Shown here one piece after another: positions 8,038-17,127 of a stretch of DNA of 64,000 nt (positions within the stretch are counted from its first letter, which is position 1; each line of letters opens with the position of its first letter). The stretch covers positions 1 through 64,000 of IMG/VR virus record IMGVR_UViG_3300032046_000001. The stretch is one strand, 5' to 3'. The notes beneath the pieces are model-generated. The model was not told the origin of the DNA and searched no databases. It saw only the letters and a program-made list of their open reading frames with translations. Both the position numbers and the translations under genes were made by a program.

Positions 8038-10380
8038 TTATTCTAATTCGATTAAGGGATCATTTGATAAAATATCTTTTATCATTTCTTTCTTTTTTAC
8101 TTTTACAACACCACCAGTATGGAATGTTCGCATGATTGCCTGGGTATTAACTTCTCCCAAAATTTGTGATGCGATAATTCCTATAAATGGACTCTTATGA
8201 CGTTTCAAAAGATCGCCATAACAAGTATGACAGATTTTAGGTGATATACAATATATTGGTGTTCTTAGATGAATAACATCACCAATATTAAAATCACTTG
8301 GATTGAATGGAACAACCTTACCATTTTTAATAATATATCGTCCATTTAATCTACCGATCATATCACCGTCAAGTTTTATAGTGATTGTTCTACTGGTTCC
8401 GCAATCTTTCTTAAACAAATCAGCTTCAACTGGATTAAGAACATATGATAATTTTCTCGCCATGTATCCTGTTGTTGCAGTATTTAAAACTCGGTCAGCC
8501 AAACCTTTTCGTGCTCCAGGAGCAGCCTTGAAAAATTCAATTGGTGTTAGTCCTTCAGCGAATGAACCTTTGATGGGTTCGAGAATATTACCTTTAGTAT
8601 CAGCAATAACACCTTTAGCACACAAAATCTGAAGTGGTTGTGTCCAACCTTTACCGGCACCAGATTCAATTAGGTCATATAATCCAGTATTTTGTAGATG
8701 TTTTTCAAGAATAACTTTCATCTGTTGAAGAATATTATCGGCAGTCTCAGTATCAGCACCAGTTAATTTCTCTTTTAATTCATAAATTTCTTTCGGAACT
8801 TCAATATCGTCTAAGGTTATTGTTGGTGCAATAATTGTAGCAAATTTAAAACCCATTTTTGATAACTTGGAAACAGATTCAATAATAATTTCCTGGTCAT
8901 ACTTTTCAACCAATTTTGAAATTATTTTAGTTGCGATTTTTTTATTAACTACATCGTTAACAAATGGAAAATCTTTTGGTAACGCACTATTTAAAATTGC
9001 CTTTCCCATCGTTGTAGCTTCACCACGATATCTCACTGGAATATAAGGATCGACAGCATCATCCAGATCTTTTTCCGAAACAACAATTGGTGATCTAGAA
9101 TATGAAATATTTTTTGTCATCAAATATAAACCAGCATACATGTCTTTACTTAGAGCAAATACAAAAGATTTAGAAGAATCAGAAGCTTCAAGCCGCATCA
9201 TTCTTGTTTTAACTTCTTCTTGAGCTTCATCTGTCAATGGTGTATATATTGCCATTTGATCTCCATCAAAATCGGCATTAAAACCACCAACCTGTAAAAC
9301 ACAAATTTGAAGCGTATCACCTTCAACAAGAACTGGATGAAATGCTCTTACTGATGACATGTGTAAAACAGGATCTCGTTTACAAATTACTACTCGATCT
9401 TTCATTACCAATTCAGCTACATCCCAAAATATTTTATGTAATTTTGGTGGCAATTTATCACCAGCAACGATTGCTTTAATTATTCTTCTTATACTATCAA
9501 CAGATATTTCAGTTTTAATGAATTTTTTGATTTCACTTGATAATTCTTCTCTATTTATTCTGTTCGTATATAATAGAACGTGCATAATAAATGGTTCAAA
9601 TAAATTAACTGCGATACGGAATGGTACACCAACCTGATTAATTTTTAAATTTGGTCCAGGTGTAATAACCGCTCGTCCAGAAAAATCAATTCTTTTACCC
9701 AACATTTGACTTCTTATAAGTCCATTTTTCTTTTCAACTTTTGTTCTAATAAATTTATCATGTTCTACTATAGCTAATTGAAGTCCGTAAGAAAGAAGAT
9801 CAAATAAAATTCCAGAACCTCCAGAACTTCTAACTTGAATAGCTTTCCTGATTATCGATTGATAGACATCGTTAAGTTTGTCGATCATCCAGTTGCCATC
9901 TTCTTCTTGAAAACTTGGCCGAAAATCTGGAGGAATAATGGGAATTTTATCGATAAATAGAGTTCCATCCTTATAAGATTTATGAAGAAGATTTATAAAT
10001 TTTTCTCGTGTTTCTGTTTCTCCCCTGAATTTTATATCTGGAAATATTTCTATAAATTTTGATAAACCAGTTAATTCGCCATCAGAATCTTGAACCAAGT
10101 CACCATTCACTTTTAAAGTAAAATTTTCAGATGCTGAAATAAAAAGATCAATCTTTCTATTTAATTGAAGAATTATTTTTAAAGCGGATGGATGAATAAC
10201 TTTTGTGTGCAAATCTATATAGGAAAATGTCTTTCGTCGTTCTTGTGATTCTAAATTTCCAAAAATTCTTTCCGAAAATAATCCATCATTATTAAATTCG
10301 TTAGGTCTTGAAAAAATTTCGGCAGATGTAACTGGAGATAGACCTTTAGAAAATTTGTCTAAATCTAAAAATTTCAACAT
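8038..10380 (-). CDS. rpoC: RNA polymerase beta' subunit, N-terminal catalytic fragment
   Basis: GLFSERIFG, MLGKRIDFSGRAVI, FNADFDGDQM catalytic motif, ARKGLADRVLNTATTGYMARKL bridge helix, TQAIMRTFHTGG trigger loop. Confidence 0.97.
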   Translation of the reverse strand: MLKFLDLDKFSKGLSPVTSAEIFSRPNEFNNDGLFSERIFGNLESQERRKTFSYIDLHTKVIHPSALKIILQLNRKIDLFISASENFTLKVNGDLVQDSDGELTGLSKFIEIFPDIKFRGETETREKFINLLHKSYKDGTLFIDKIPIIPPDFRPSFQEEDGNWMIDKLNDVYQSIIRKAIQVRSSGGSGILFDLLSYGLQLAIVEHDKFIRTKVEKKNGLIRSQMLGKRIDFSGRAVITPGPNLKINQVGVPFRIAVNLFEPFIMHVLLYTNRINREELSSEIKKFIKTEISVDSIRRIIKAIVAGDKLPPKLHKIFWDVAELVMKDRVVICKRDPVLHMSSVRAFHPVLVEGDTLQICVLQVGGFNADFDGDQMAIYTPLTDEAQEEVKTRMMRLEASDSSKSFVFALSKDMYAGLYLMTKNISYSRSPIVVSEKDLDDAVDPYIPVRYRGEATTMGKAILNSALPKDFPFVNDVVNKKIATKIISKLVEKYDQEIIIESVSKLSKMGFKFATIIAPTITLDDIEVPKEIYELKEKLTGADTETADNILQQMKVILEKHLQNTGLYDLIESGAGKGWTQPLQILCAKGVIADTKGNILEPIKGSFAEGLTPIEFFKAAPGARKGLADRVLNTATTGYMARKLSYVLNPVEADLFKKDCGTSRTITIKLDGDMIGRLNGRYIIKNGKVVPFNPSDFNIGDVIHLRTPIYCISPKICHTCYGDLLKRHKSPFIGIIASQILGEVNTQAIMRTFHTGGVVKVKKKEMIKDILSNDPLIELE

Positions 10381-10431
10381 TATATTTTAGTCTCCGTTTC
10401 AGTAAATTACATAATCTTCAAAAAAAAATAA

Positions 10432-10890
10432 TTAGAAATAATTTTTTAACCGCTTGATAAACTTGGTCACATTTGCTTTTTTTGCGGCCATATCACTCGG
10501 TTTTGGAATTTCTTTTTCAAATTTATTATTAAGACTATTTAATTTTTGAAGTATCACTACAAGATGGTCTTGATCAACAACATCATTACCCATTAATTTA
10601 TTTACCATTTTCATTGATAATTTAATTATCGCGGGATCAACAGAACCCATACGGTTACAAATCGGAAAAAAGGGAACTTCTCTTCCCATTTGTTTCATCA
10701 TTAAAAAACACTTCGGATTTTTTTCAAATAATTTTTTTCTGTTATCTTGCGACATTAACCATTTTAGTTGATATTCATAATTTATTGGATTAGACATTAC
10801 TTCATCTATCTTTTTAATTAGTTCTTCCAATAGTTGAAATTGTTCATTTAATTTTTTAATCATTATTTTTTGACTCCTATAAATAGTCAT
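10432..10890 (-). CDS. Hypothetical protein
   Basis: 152-aa ORF in operon orientation; the start may be the ATG at 10863. Confidence 0.6.
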   Translation of the reverse strand: MTIYRSQKIMIKKLNEQFQLLEELIKKIDEVMSNPINYEYQLKWLMSQDNRKKLFEKNPKCFLMMKQMGREVPFFPICNRMGSVDPAIIKLSMKMVNKLMGNDVVDQDHLVVILQKLNSLNNKFEKEIPKPSDMAAKKANVTKFIKRLKNYF

Positions 10891-10918
10891 ATAAAGCCCC
10901 TTTTAAAGAAGGCTTTAT
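10891..10918. terminator. Intergenic hairpin, possible terminator
   Basis: ATAAAGCC...GGCTTTAT inverted repeat. Confidence 0.4.
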
Positions 10919-10931
10919 ATGATTTAATTAG

Positions 10932-11207
10932 TTATCGAAGTTTTAATCGTGCCTCGGTTAAACGTAATTTTACATATTCTTCACAAGTCCGAAACCAACT
11001 TTCATCAAGATCTGAATGTACTGGAGTTCTATTATCATCACCAATTACAATTTTATATGTCCACTCTGACATCTCAGCATAGGTTTTTACTATAAGTCTT
11101 ACATAATTCAATTCTTCATTCATAGGAATAACCGCATGTATATAACATGATTGTCCAATTTGATATCGTTGATACTCGTCCCTATCAATTATCATTAGTC
11201 TTTTCAT
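10932..11207 (-). CDS. Hypothetical protein
   Basis: ORF coupled to the upstream HD gene. Confidence 0.55.
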   Translation of the reverse strand: MKRLMIIDRDEYQRYQIGQSCYIHAVIPMNEELNYVRLIVKTYAEMSEWTYKIVIGDDNRTPVHSDLDESWFRTCEEYVKLRLTEARLKLR

Positions 11208-11709
11208 TCATCAACCTCCCAGGTATGCCAAAATGTGCCGGAATTTTTTTATTCAATCGATTCACAATATCTTCTTTATCATATTTCATTTTTCGATTTG
11301 GATTTCTACCCATTCGATCCCATCTTGCTAATTGAACTAATTCGGGCAACCAGGGATGAGAACTGAGAAATTGACATTTAGAAAGTTTTGACATTTCACC
11401 TTCGATATATGACCATATTCTCATATGATGTTCGATTAAAAAAAGAGTTTTTACACTAACGTAATTTCTTAAAAGTTTAACTCCAATTTCTGCATGACCA
11501 TGTGACTCTACAAGTTTTCCAATATCATGCAACATTGCTGCTAAAATTAAATCAGTATCATCACTTTCTTTAAATGCGTGGGACATAACTTGTAAAGAGT
11601 GATTTAAAACATCACCTTCAGGATGATACTTATTATTTTGTTGTATACCATCACACATATCGAGAAAATTAAAAATTTCTTTCATATGTTCAACTGTAAA
11701 TAACTCCAT
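11185..11709 (-). CDS. HD-domain phosphohydrolase
   Basis: QQNNKYHPEGDVLNHS...AAMLHDIGK...GHAEIG...HHM...D, resembling the HD domain of CCA-adding enzymes. Confidence 0.85.
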   Translation of the reverse strand: MELFTVEHMKEIFNFLDMCDGIQQNNKYHPEGDVLNHSLQVMSHAFKESDDTDLILAAMLHDIGKLVESHGHAEIGVKLLRNYVSVKTLFLIEHHMRIWSYIEGEMSKLSKCQFLSSHPWLPELVQLARWDRMGRNPNRKMKYDKEDIVNRLNKKIPAHFGIPGRLMNEKTNDN

Positions 11710-11718
11710 AACATCACC

Positions 11719-11976
11719 TCATCGAATAACTGGACTTACAACAATACTTCTTTTTACATCTCTTCTTAATGAGTTATACCATGATCTTGAAAGGTTATAT
11801 TTATATTTTTTTCCGAATTGTTTAGCACTATAGTGTGGTTCATCTAAAATATATATGCGCCTGTGCATATTATAAAAATAAGTCTGAAGTACTAATTTTG
11901 CAATATCGGCCTGTTTAGAAGTTTCAAATTCTAATATTTCTATACAACTTGTATTTTCAATTAAAACATAATACAC
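11719..11976 (-). CDS. Small hypothetical protein (putative paralog family)
   Basis: YYVLIE..EFETSKQADIAKLVLQTYF pattern shared with neighbouring ORFs. Confidence 0.55.
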   Translation of the reverse strand: MYYVLIENTSCIEILEFETSKQADIAKLVLQTYFYNMHRRIYILDEPHYSAKQFGKKYKYNLSRSWYNSLRRDVKRSIVVSPVIR

Positions 11977-11981
11977 GTTAA

Positions 11982-12218
11982 TTAATCCCCATTTCTAACA
12001 TGATTTTTTTTCACTGATCTTATTATTTCACACATCCAGTTTCTACCAAGATTGGTATATTCGGATAAATATTCGGGTTCTGACTCAATAATTCTACAAT
12101 GTATTCCACCATTAAAATAAGTATGAATTATCAGTTTACCAATCTGTGCATCTTTTAATTTTTTTAACTTTAATTTATAATTACGTCCACCAGAATTAAA
12201 TAATATATGATACACCAT
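11982..12218 (-). CDS. Small hypothetical protein (putative paralog family)
   Basis: YHILF..KLKKLKDAQIGKLIIHTYF. Confidence 0.55.
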   Translation of the reverse strand: MVYHILFNSGGRNYKLKLKKLKDAQIGKLIIHTYFNGGIHCRIIESEPEYLSEYTNLGRNWMCEIIRSVKKNHVRNGD

Positions 12219-12225
12219 AAATTAT

Positions 12226-12249
12226 AGAGGGGATCTTTCAATCCCCTCT
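12226..12249. terminator. GC-rich hairpin, probable terminator
   Basis: AGAGGGGAT-CTTTCA-ATCCCCTCT directly after the nucleotidyltransferase stop codon. Confidence 0.6.
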
Positions 12250-12257
12250 CAACTCCT

Positions 12258-13340
12258 TTAAAATATAGATAAAATTCTTGAAATAATTTTTTTATATCCA
12301 GTTTCTTCTTTTACTTCTATTGAATCGATAACCGACTCTTCGGGTTCAGTTCCATCTAAAACTTCCAGTTTAGAGTCAAAACTTCTTTTGATAAAATCAT
12401 CATAAATTTCATTGATGAATTCATCCCAATATGTTCCATCACATTCTTTGGGTAAATCAGTTTTGTCCGCCAATGATACAACTTCATCAACTAACTCATC
12501 TAATATGGGAGCTACTTCTTTATACGGAATCTCACCTTTTTTAACTTGTCGGAGATAATCCCTTTCCTTCAATGGGAAAGTTATGGTTCTTTCAAGATAT
12601 AACTGTTTTAATTGATAACCAGCTCTAATGGCATGAGATACTGCCCGCCAATCAATATTTTTATTCTCTTCAGCGTCTTTTGAACGCTGACCATACGTGT
12701 CATAAAACTTTTTGACCATCTCCAACGCATACTTTACTCGAATTGTTTCTTGAATCTTCCGGTTGCAAACTTCAACTGTTCTAAATCGGTTACGACCTTC
12801 AGCGGGATATATTTTGATATTTATCCCTTTAGGAATCCCATCAAATACATCTTTGACTTTTATTGCTGGTTGATCGGTGAATTGTTCAAAATATTTGATG
12901 ATCTGTTTCGCATCATATAACCGACTACCTTTTATGCCATATTTGGCCGCTTGGCCTCTGGCATAGTCAACAAATGTTGCGATATTTTTTGTATAAAATC
13001 TTCCACGTTCACCGACAATTTTCTCCCAGATGTCACTGGTTTGAAGTAAATAATCTGGAGGACAATGAAGCATGTCCATTGCGATTATATTACCTTCTTT
13101 AGCCATCTTTAAAAAGAATAATAACGAAAAAAACTCAATATCAACATCCGCTTTCGTATTTTTCACTGTCTGGTTCTTTTTCGTATTGTACCGTAAACTA
13201 TTTTTAACGGTTTGAAAATATAAATCTTTCTTCGATGGAATATATACACCTTTAAAATCTTTATCACTTGTTGGTGTACGTGTTCCATACAAACTACTAC
13301 CATATGGCATTTTCACAATAACATTATCCATTTTTAACAT
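12258..13340 (-). CDS. Pol-beta superfamily nucleotidyltransferase (T4 NrdC.11/RlaP-like)
   Basis: YGSSLYGTRTPTSDKDFKGVY (GS..DxD), YARGQAAKYGIKGSR, DWRAVSHAIR. Confidence 0.85.
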   Translation of the reverse strand: MLKMDNVIVKMPYGSSLYGTRTPTSDKDFKGVYIPSKKDLYFQTVKNSLRYNTKKNQTVKNTKADVDIEFFSLLFFLKMAKEGNIIAMDMLHCPPDYLLQTSDIWEKIVGERGRFYTKNIATFVDYARGQAAKYGIKGSRLYDAKQIIKYFEQFTDQPAIKVKDVFDGIPKGINIKIYPAEGRNRFRTVEVCNRKIQETIRVKYALEMVKKFYDTYGQRSKDAEENKNIDWRAVSHAIRAGYQLKQLYLERTITFPLKERDYLRQVKKGEIPYKEVAPILDELVDEVVSLADKTDLPKECDGTYWDEFINEIYDDFIKRSFDSKLEVLDGTEPEESVIDSIEVKEETGYKKIISRILSIF

Positions 13341-13359
13341 AGTATCCTTTCATAACTTT

Positions 13360-13629
13360 CTAACTTTCTGATAATTGATTCACTACATTTTCACGAAATC
13401 TTTCATAAATTTTTCGTTCGAAATTTCCATAAATATAACTCAATAAATCACCATCATATGATGAACCAAGATTATGCACGGATACAAATTGAACCAATTC
13501 TGGTTTTATTACATATCGATACTGATAGTCTGCTAAATACATCTTAGAAAAATTCATATAGGCTTCTGCCATTCGCCTATTATTCATCTTTCTATACCAA
13601 TAATGACTTCCATCATTACGCCAGATCAT
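13360..13629 (-). CDS. Small hypothetical protein
   Basis: ORF overlapping the upstream gene, with a pattern similar to its neighbours. Confidence 0.5.
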   Translation of the reverse strand: MIWRNDGSHYWYRKMNNRRMAEAYMNFSKMYLADYQYRYVIKPELVQFVSVHNLGSSYDGDLLSYIYGNFERKIYERFRENVVNQLSES

Positions 13630-13915
13630 TAAATAACATTAATCCATGAAAATATTCCTGAAATTTTTCAGATGTCAATTTATTATTATAACGAGATCTA
13701 ATCGAATGAACAACATCATTTTCGAAAGAATTATCTAATTTTGAGTAAAATGAACGTGTTTTATTAGAGATAGATGATCTAACTTTTATTCGAAAGTTTC
13801 GTTGAGTGAAATATAGAACTAAAATATTTCTATATTCTTCGGCTAATTTTTTATTTTTAAATTCACTATAATAAATATATATACCATCATCTTCTAATGT
13901 TACATAGTATTTCAT
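13616..13915 (-). CDS. Small hypothetical protein (putative paralog family)
   Basis: YYVTLE..SEFKNKKLAEEYRNILVLYF; ATGA coupling. Confidence 0.55.
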   Translation of the reverse strand: MKYYVTLEDDGIYIYYSEFKNKKLAEEYRNILVLYFTQRNFRIKVRSSISNKTRSFYSKLDNSFENDVVHSIRSRYNNKLTSEKFQEYFHGLMLFNDLA

Positions 13916-14187
13916 GATATTTCTCTATAGTAACGTTTCATATTAAAAGATCTCATCTCTCTCACAATTTCATTATAGAGATCTCTCGGCATTTCTTCAA
14001 TTCTGAAACTGTTATATAAATTTTTTTCTGTTATTTTATTAGAATCATCTAAAACTTTGTATCGGTACTGTGTTTCATGCGCATCACCATACAATTTCAA
14101 TTCAGTACCAAATCGATGTGCGCATGTCTTATTACGAAACCGAATAAAATACATTGGTACAGTATTTAATAGAAATAATATAGACAT
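13912..14187 (-). CDS. Small hypothetical protein
   Basis: ORF with SD GGAG; RFRNKTCAHRFGTELKLY. Confidence 0.55.
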   Translation of the reverse strand: MSILFLLNTVPMYFIRFRNKTCAHRFGTELKLYGDAHETQYRYKVLDDSNKITEKNLYNSFRIEEMPRDLYNEIVREMRSFNMKRYYREIS

Positions 14188-14210
14188 TCAACATCCCACT
14201 CCTTTAATAT

Positions 14211-14888
14211 TTATTTAATCTTTGAATCTTCTCGATTAAAATAATTAATATCATTATATGATACTTCAGTACATCTAAGACCAATAACTGATAATGAATT
14301 TAACATGATGAATCCACCTCTAAATGAATTCCTAAATAGATCAATATTAACACCAGAAGCTCTAGATTTACCAATATTATATTTTTGAGATATTGTTGAA
14401 TTTGTAAAAATTTTATTTAACAAGAATCTAATTGAATCAATTTCCATTCTTTTTGTAAGTTCACAATAAATATGAAACGATGTCTTACCTGTAAATCTTA
14501 TCTGTTTATTTAAAAAAATCGGAAATCGATTTAAAATATCATAACAATCAACTGTTGCCTTTTTACCTAATTCGAAATCGTTTGTATCAATATCAACAAT
14601 ACATATGTTTTCATGTCTTTTCATTGTTGTATGAAGTGACAACGTTCGTCCGGTTATCACTATATCATAATTTTTATTATTGAGTTTGATAAAATCTGTT
14701 GTTTTACTTTTTCTTTTGACCAGTATGGAATCATCAACTTTAAAGAAAGTCATTATGTCTCTATTTTTGGCTTGATCTAAAATTGGTAGTTTGTATTTTT
14801 GATAATGATTCCATATATCTAATTCCGTCAAACCATTCGGATAAAACTTATTTTTGATTATAACAGTCTGAGGATGTTTAGGATACAT
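14211..14888 (-). CDS. Stand-alone LigD-type primase-polymerase (AEP) domain protein
   Basis: LTELDIWNHY..PIL..RDI N-terminus, DID, FTGKTSFHIY, IDLFRN; these match LigD Pol motifs. Confidence 0.7.
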   Translation of the reverse strand: MYPKHPQTVIIKNKFYPNGLTELDIWNHYQKYKLPILDQAKNRDIMTFFKVDDSILVKRKSKTTDFIKLNNKNYDIVITGRTLSLHTTMKRHENICIVDIDTNDFELGKKATVDCYDILNRFPIFLNKQIRFTGKTSFHIYCELTKRMEIDSIRFLLNKIFTNSTISQKYNIGKSRASGVNIDLFRNSFRGGFIMLNSLSVIGLRCTEVSYNDINYFNREDSKIK

Positions 14889-14929
14889 TATAATTTATAC
14901 CTTATATTGTTTCTGTTATACATTCATTT

Positions 14930-16483
14930 TTAAAACGATTTTTTCAATTCTGATTGAATAACCGCAAAATAATTTTTCATGGCATCAGCAAAAAAGTAAG
15001 TATAAAATATTATGACATCTTTTTCAAGTTTCTTTCTGTCATAATAAACCTGTTCACCAGTCATGATATTTAAAAACTTAGTCCCATATACTCTTCCAAT
15101 GATTTGTTCGTATAAACATCTTTGGTTATGACACTGTTCAAAACCCTGATAATTTTTAAGACGATTATATTCATTAACAAATGTGTGTGCTAAATCATCT
15201 TTGATCTTATAAGTTGTCTTTACTGGAACAGTAGAAGATGGATCAGGATAACATTCTAATAATTGAAATAATACATCAAAATTACTGAATGTTTTTGATA
15301 ATAAATATCTGATATATACTGATAACATTGCTGATGTTTCTGGATTTAATGATCTAAAATGACTATATTGAATGCCTGTTAACTTAGCCAGTATTGGAAA
15401 AACTAAATATTCAATTAATGGTGAGTCTTGTTTAATTTTTCCCATACGTTCTTGAAATTTAACTAATTTTTGGTCATAATTCATTATTTGAGAAGTTGTC
15501 ATACTTTCAAGTAATTGATGTACATAACTGACCGATACTGATTTAATACGACCGATAGTATCATTTGAAGCATATGATTTTAAATTATTTATTTTGATAG
15601 TTTGAATATCAACATTTGCCTCGTCGTTATAAACAATCGTAGATTTATAAACGCTTCTCAATATCCATATAATTGCGGTATCAACAACCGTAACAAAAAA
15701 AGTGATTGGATTACGATCGTGTTGACAAAGTACCATGATATTATTCATCAAAAAATTAAAAATTTCGACGATATATAAATCAATCTCTTTACATTGGATC
15801 ATTTTTATGTATTCCCACATAAACTGATCCGTTTGTTTATAACGATATGTTTTTATTTTTATTATTTCAAATATTTTATTTATTATTTCTTTTGAATTAT
15901 TTATACTTTGTAAAAAAGTATTAAAAATTTTCTTGTGAATTCTCATATCTAATCTCAGATTTGAATTTGAGATTAATGAATATACCTTCAAATATGATGA
16001 TAGTTTGATGATCTCGTATATTTCAGTTTCTGTGAAAAGAATGCTCGTCTTTTTAACTTTATCTTCATTAACAAACAAAGATAAATTTAAATTAAGTCGT
16101 TCTATATATTGATTAACAAAATCAACAATAATTGGAACGTTTTTTGAAATAGCCTCTGCTCTAATATCTTCATATTTTTCCAGATTGGGGCATACAGACT
16201 TTAAATTTGAAACACTTCTCTCAGTTAAATCCGTATTACACTCAGACTCTGGATTCTTCATACAATAATTACATGTATGAATAAATTGTTGTTTCATAAA
16301 ATTAGAAAACCAATCTTCACACTCACTTCCAAGTGTCGATATCATTCCTTCGATAAACCCGGTAATTAATTCGAATTTATTGGAAATCGAAGACGGTGTA
16401 ATTAAATCTAATTCTGCAATAACTTCCTCATCTTGATAAATAAAATACTTCTTCTTATGGACAATCTGTTCAAATTTTATCAA
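14930..16483 (-). CDS. Hypothetical protein (517 aa)
   Basis: Long ORF; no recognised motif. Confidence 0.75.
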   Translation of the reverse strand: MIKFEQIVHKKKYFIYQDEEVIAELDLITPSSISNKFELITGFIEGMISTLGSECEDWFSNFMKQQFIHTCNYCMKNPESECNTDLTERSVSNLKSVCPNLEKYEDIRAEAISKNVPIIVDFVNQYIERLNLNLSLFVNEDKVKKTSILFTETEIYEIIKLSSYLKVYSLISNSNLRLDMRIHKKIFNTFLQSINNSKEIINKIFEIIKIKTYRYKQTDQFMWEYIKMIQCKEIDLYIVEIFNFLMNNIMVLCQHDRNPITFFVTVVDTAIIWILRSVYKSTIVYNDEANVDIQTIKINNLKSYASNDTIGRIKSVSVSYVHQLLESMTTSQIMNYDQKLVKFQERMGKIKQDSPLIEYLVFPILAKLTGIQYSHFRSLNPETSAMLSVYIRYLLSKTFSNFDVLFQLLECYPDPSSTVPVKTTYKIKDDLAHTFVNEYNRLKNYQGFEQCHNQRCLYEQIIGRVYGTKFLNIMTGEQVYYDRKKLEKDVIIFYTYFFADAMKNYFAVIQSELKKSF

Positions 16484-16601
16484 ACTTTGTTCCTCTTCAC
16501 TTTTTTCATAGAGTATCCTCCCACTAATAAAAAAAATCGAGATTTGGTATCTCGATTATTAATATATATAGAAAAGATCTATTTTAAAGAAATTGGGAGG
16601 T

Positions 16602-17117
16602 TTATTTAACAACGAATCTTTTCAACATTGAAACTAACTTCTGTTTGTCCATGAAAGCACCAGGGCATGTTTCAAGTTCATCTTTGGATATTTCATGATG
16701 GAAATATATTCTGTGATATGTAATTGGTAAAAACTTCATAAGAGGATTTAATAGACGATACGCAATCACCTCGTATAATCTCAGATCAGGTATTTTATAA
16801 TCATAATTACCCATAACAGCGATATGAATCGCAGCATTATTAATATCAGGATCAATGTCGTCATAATCACATAAAGTTACAAATGGCCTACACATGATAA
16901 CCTGATAATCATCTTTGATCTTATCAACGACAAAATGATAATTAATATCAGCCTGTTTTTTTTCAAACATGTTACCTATTATTCCAGGTAGTTGATATTT
17001 AGACGTATCAACTTTTGATTCTGGAGCGGGATACTGGCAGGTTGTTTGATGAAGAACAATATAACGAATCTTAGTTCTTCTAATTTTTAATAAAGAATAT
17101 CGAAACGGAATTTTCAT
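16602..17117 (-). CDS. N-acetylmuramoyl-L-alanine amidase (Amidase_2/T7 lysozyme-like)
   Basis: IVLHQT...YHFVV...FHHEI...TCPG zinc-ligand pattern. Confidence 0.8.
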   Translation of the reverse strand: MKIPFRYSLLKIRRTKIRYIVLHQTTCQYPAPESKVDTSKYQLPGIIGNMFEKKQADINYHFVVDKIKDDYQVIMCRPFVTLCDYDDIDPDINNAAIHIAVMGNYDYKIPDLRLYEVIAYRLLNPLMKFLPITYHRIYFHHEISKDELETCPGAFMDKQKLVSMLKRFVVK

Positions 17118-17127
17118 AATTAGTCAC

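Noticed and set aside
7991-8040. T4 gene 60-style translational bypass joining the beta' fragments
   Set aside because: The gap size and hairpin are suggestive, but there is no matching GAA landing codon in the downstream frame within the gap, and the second ORF has its own SD and ATG.
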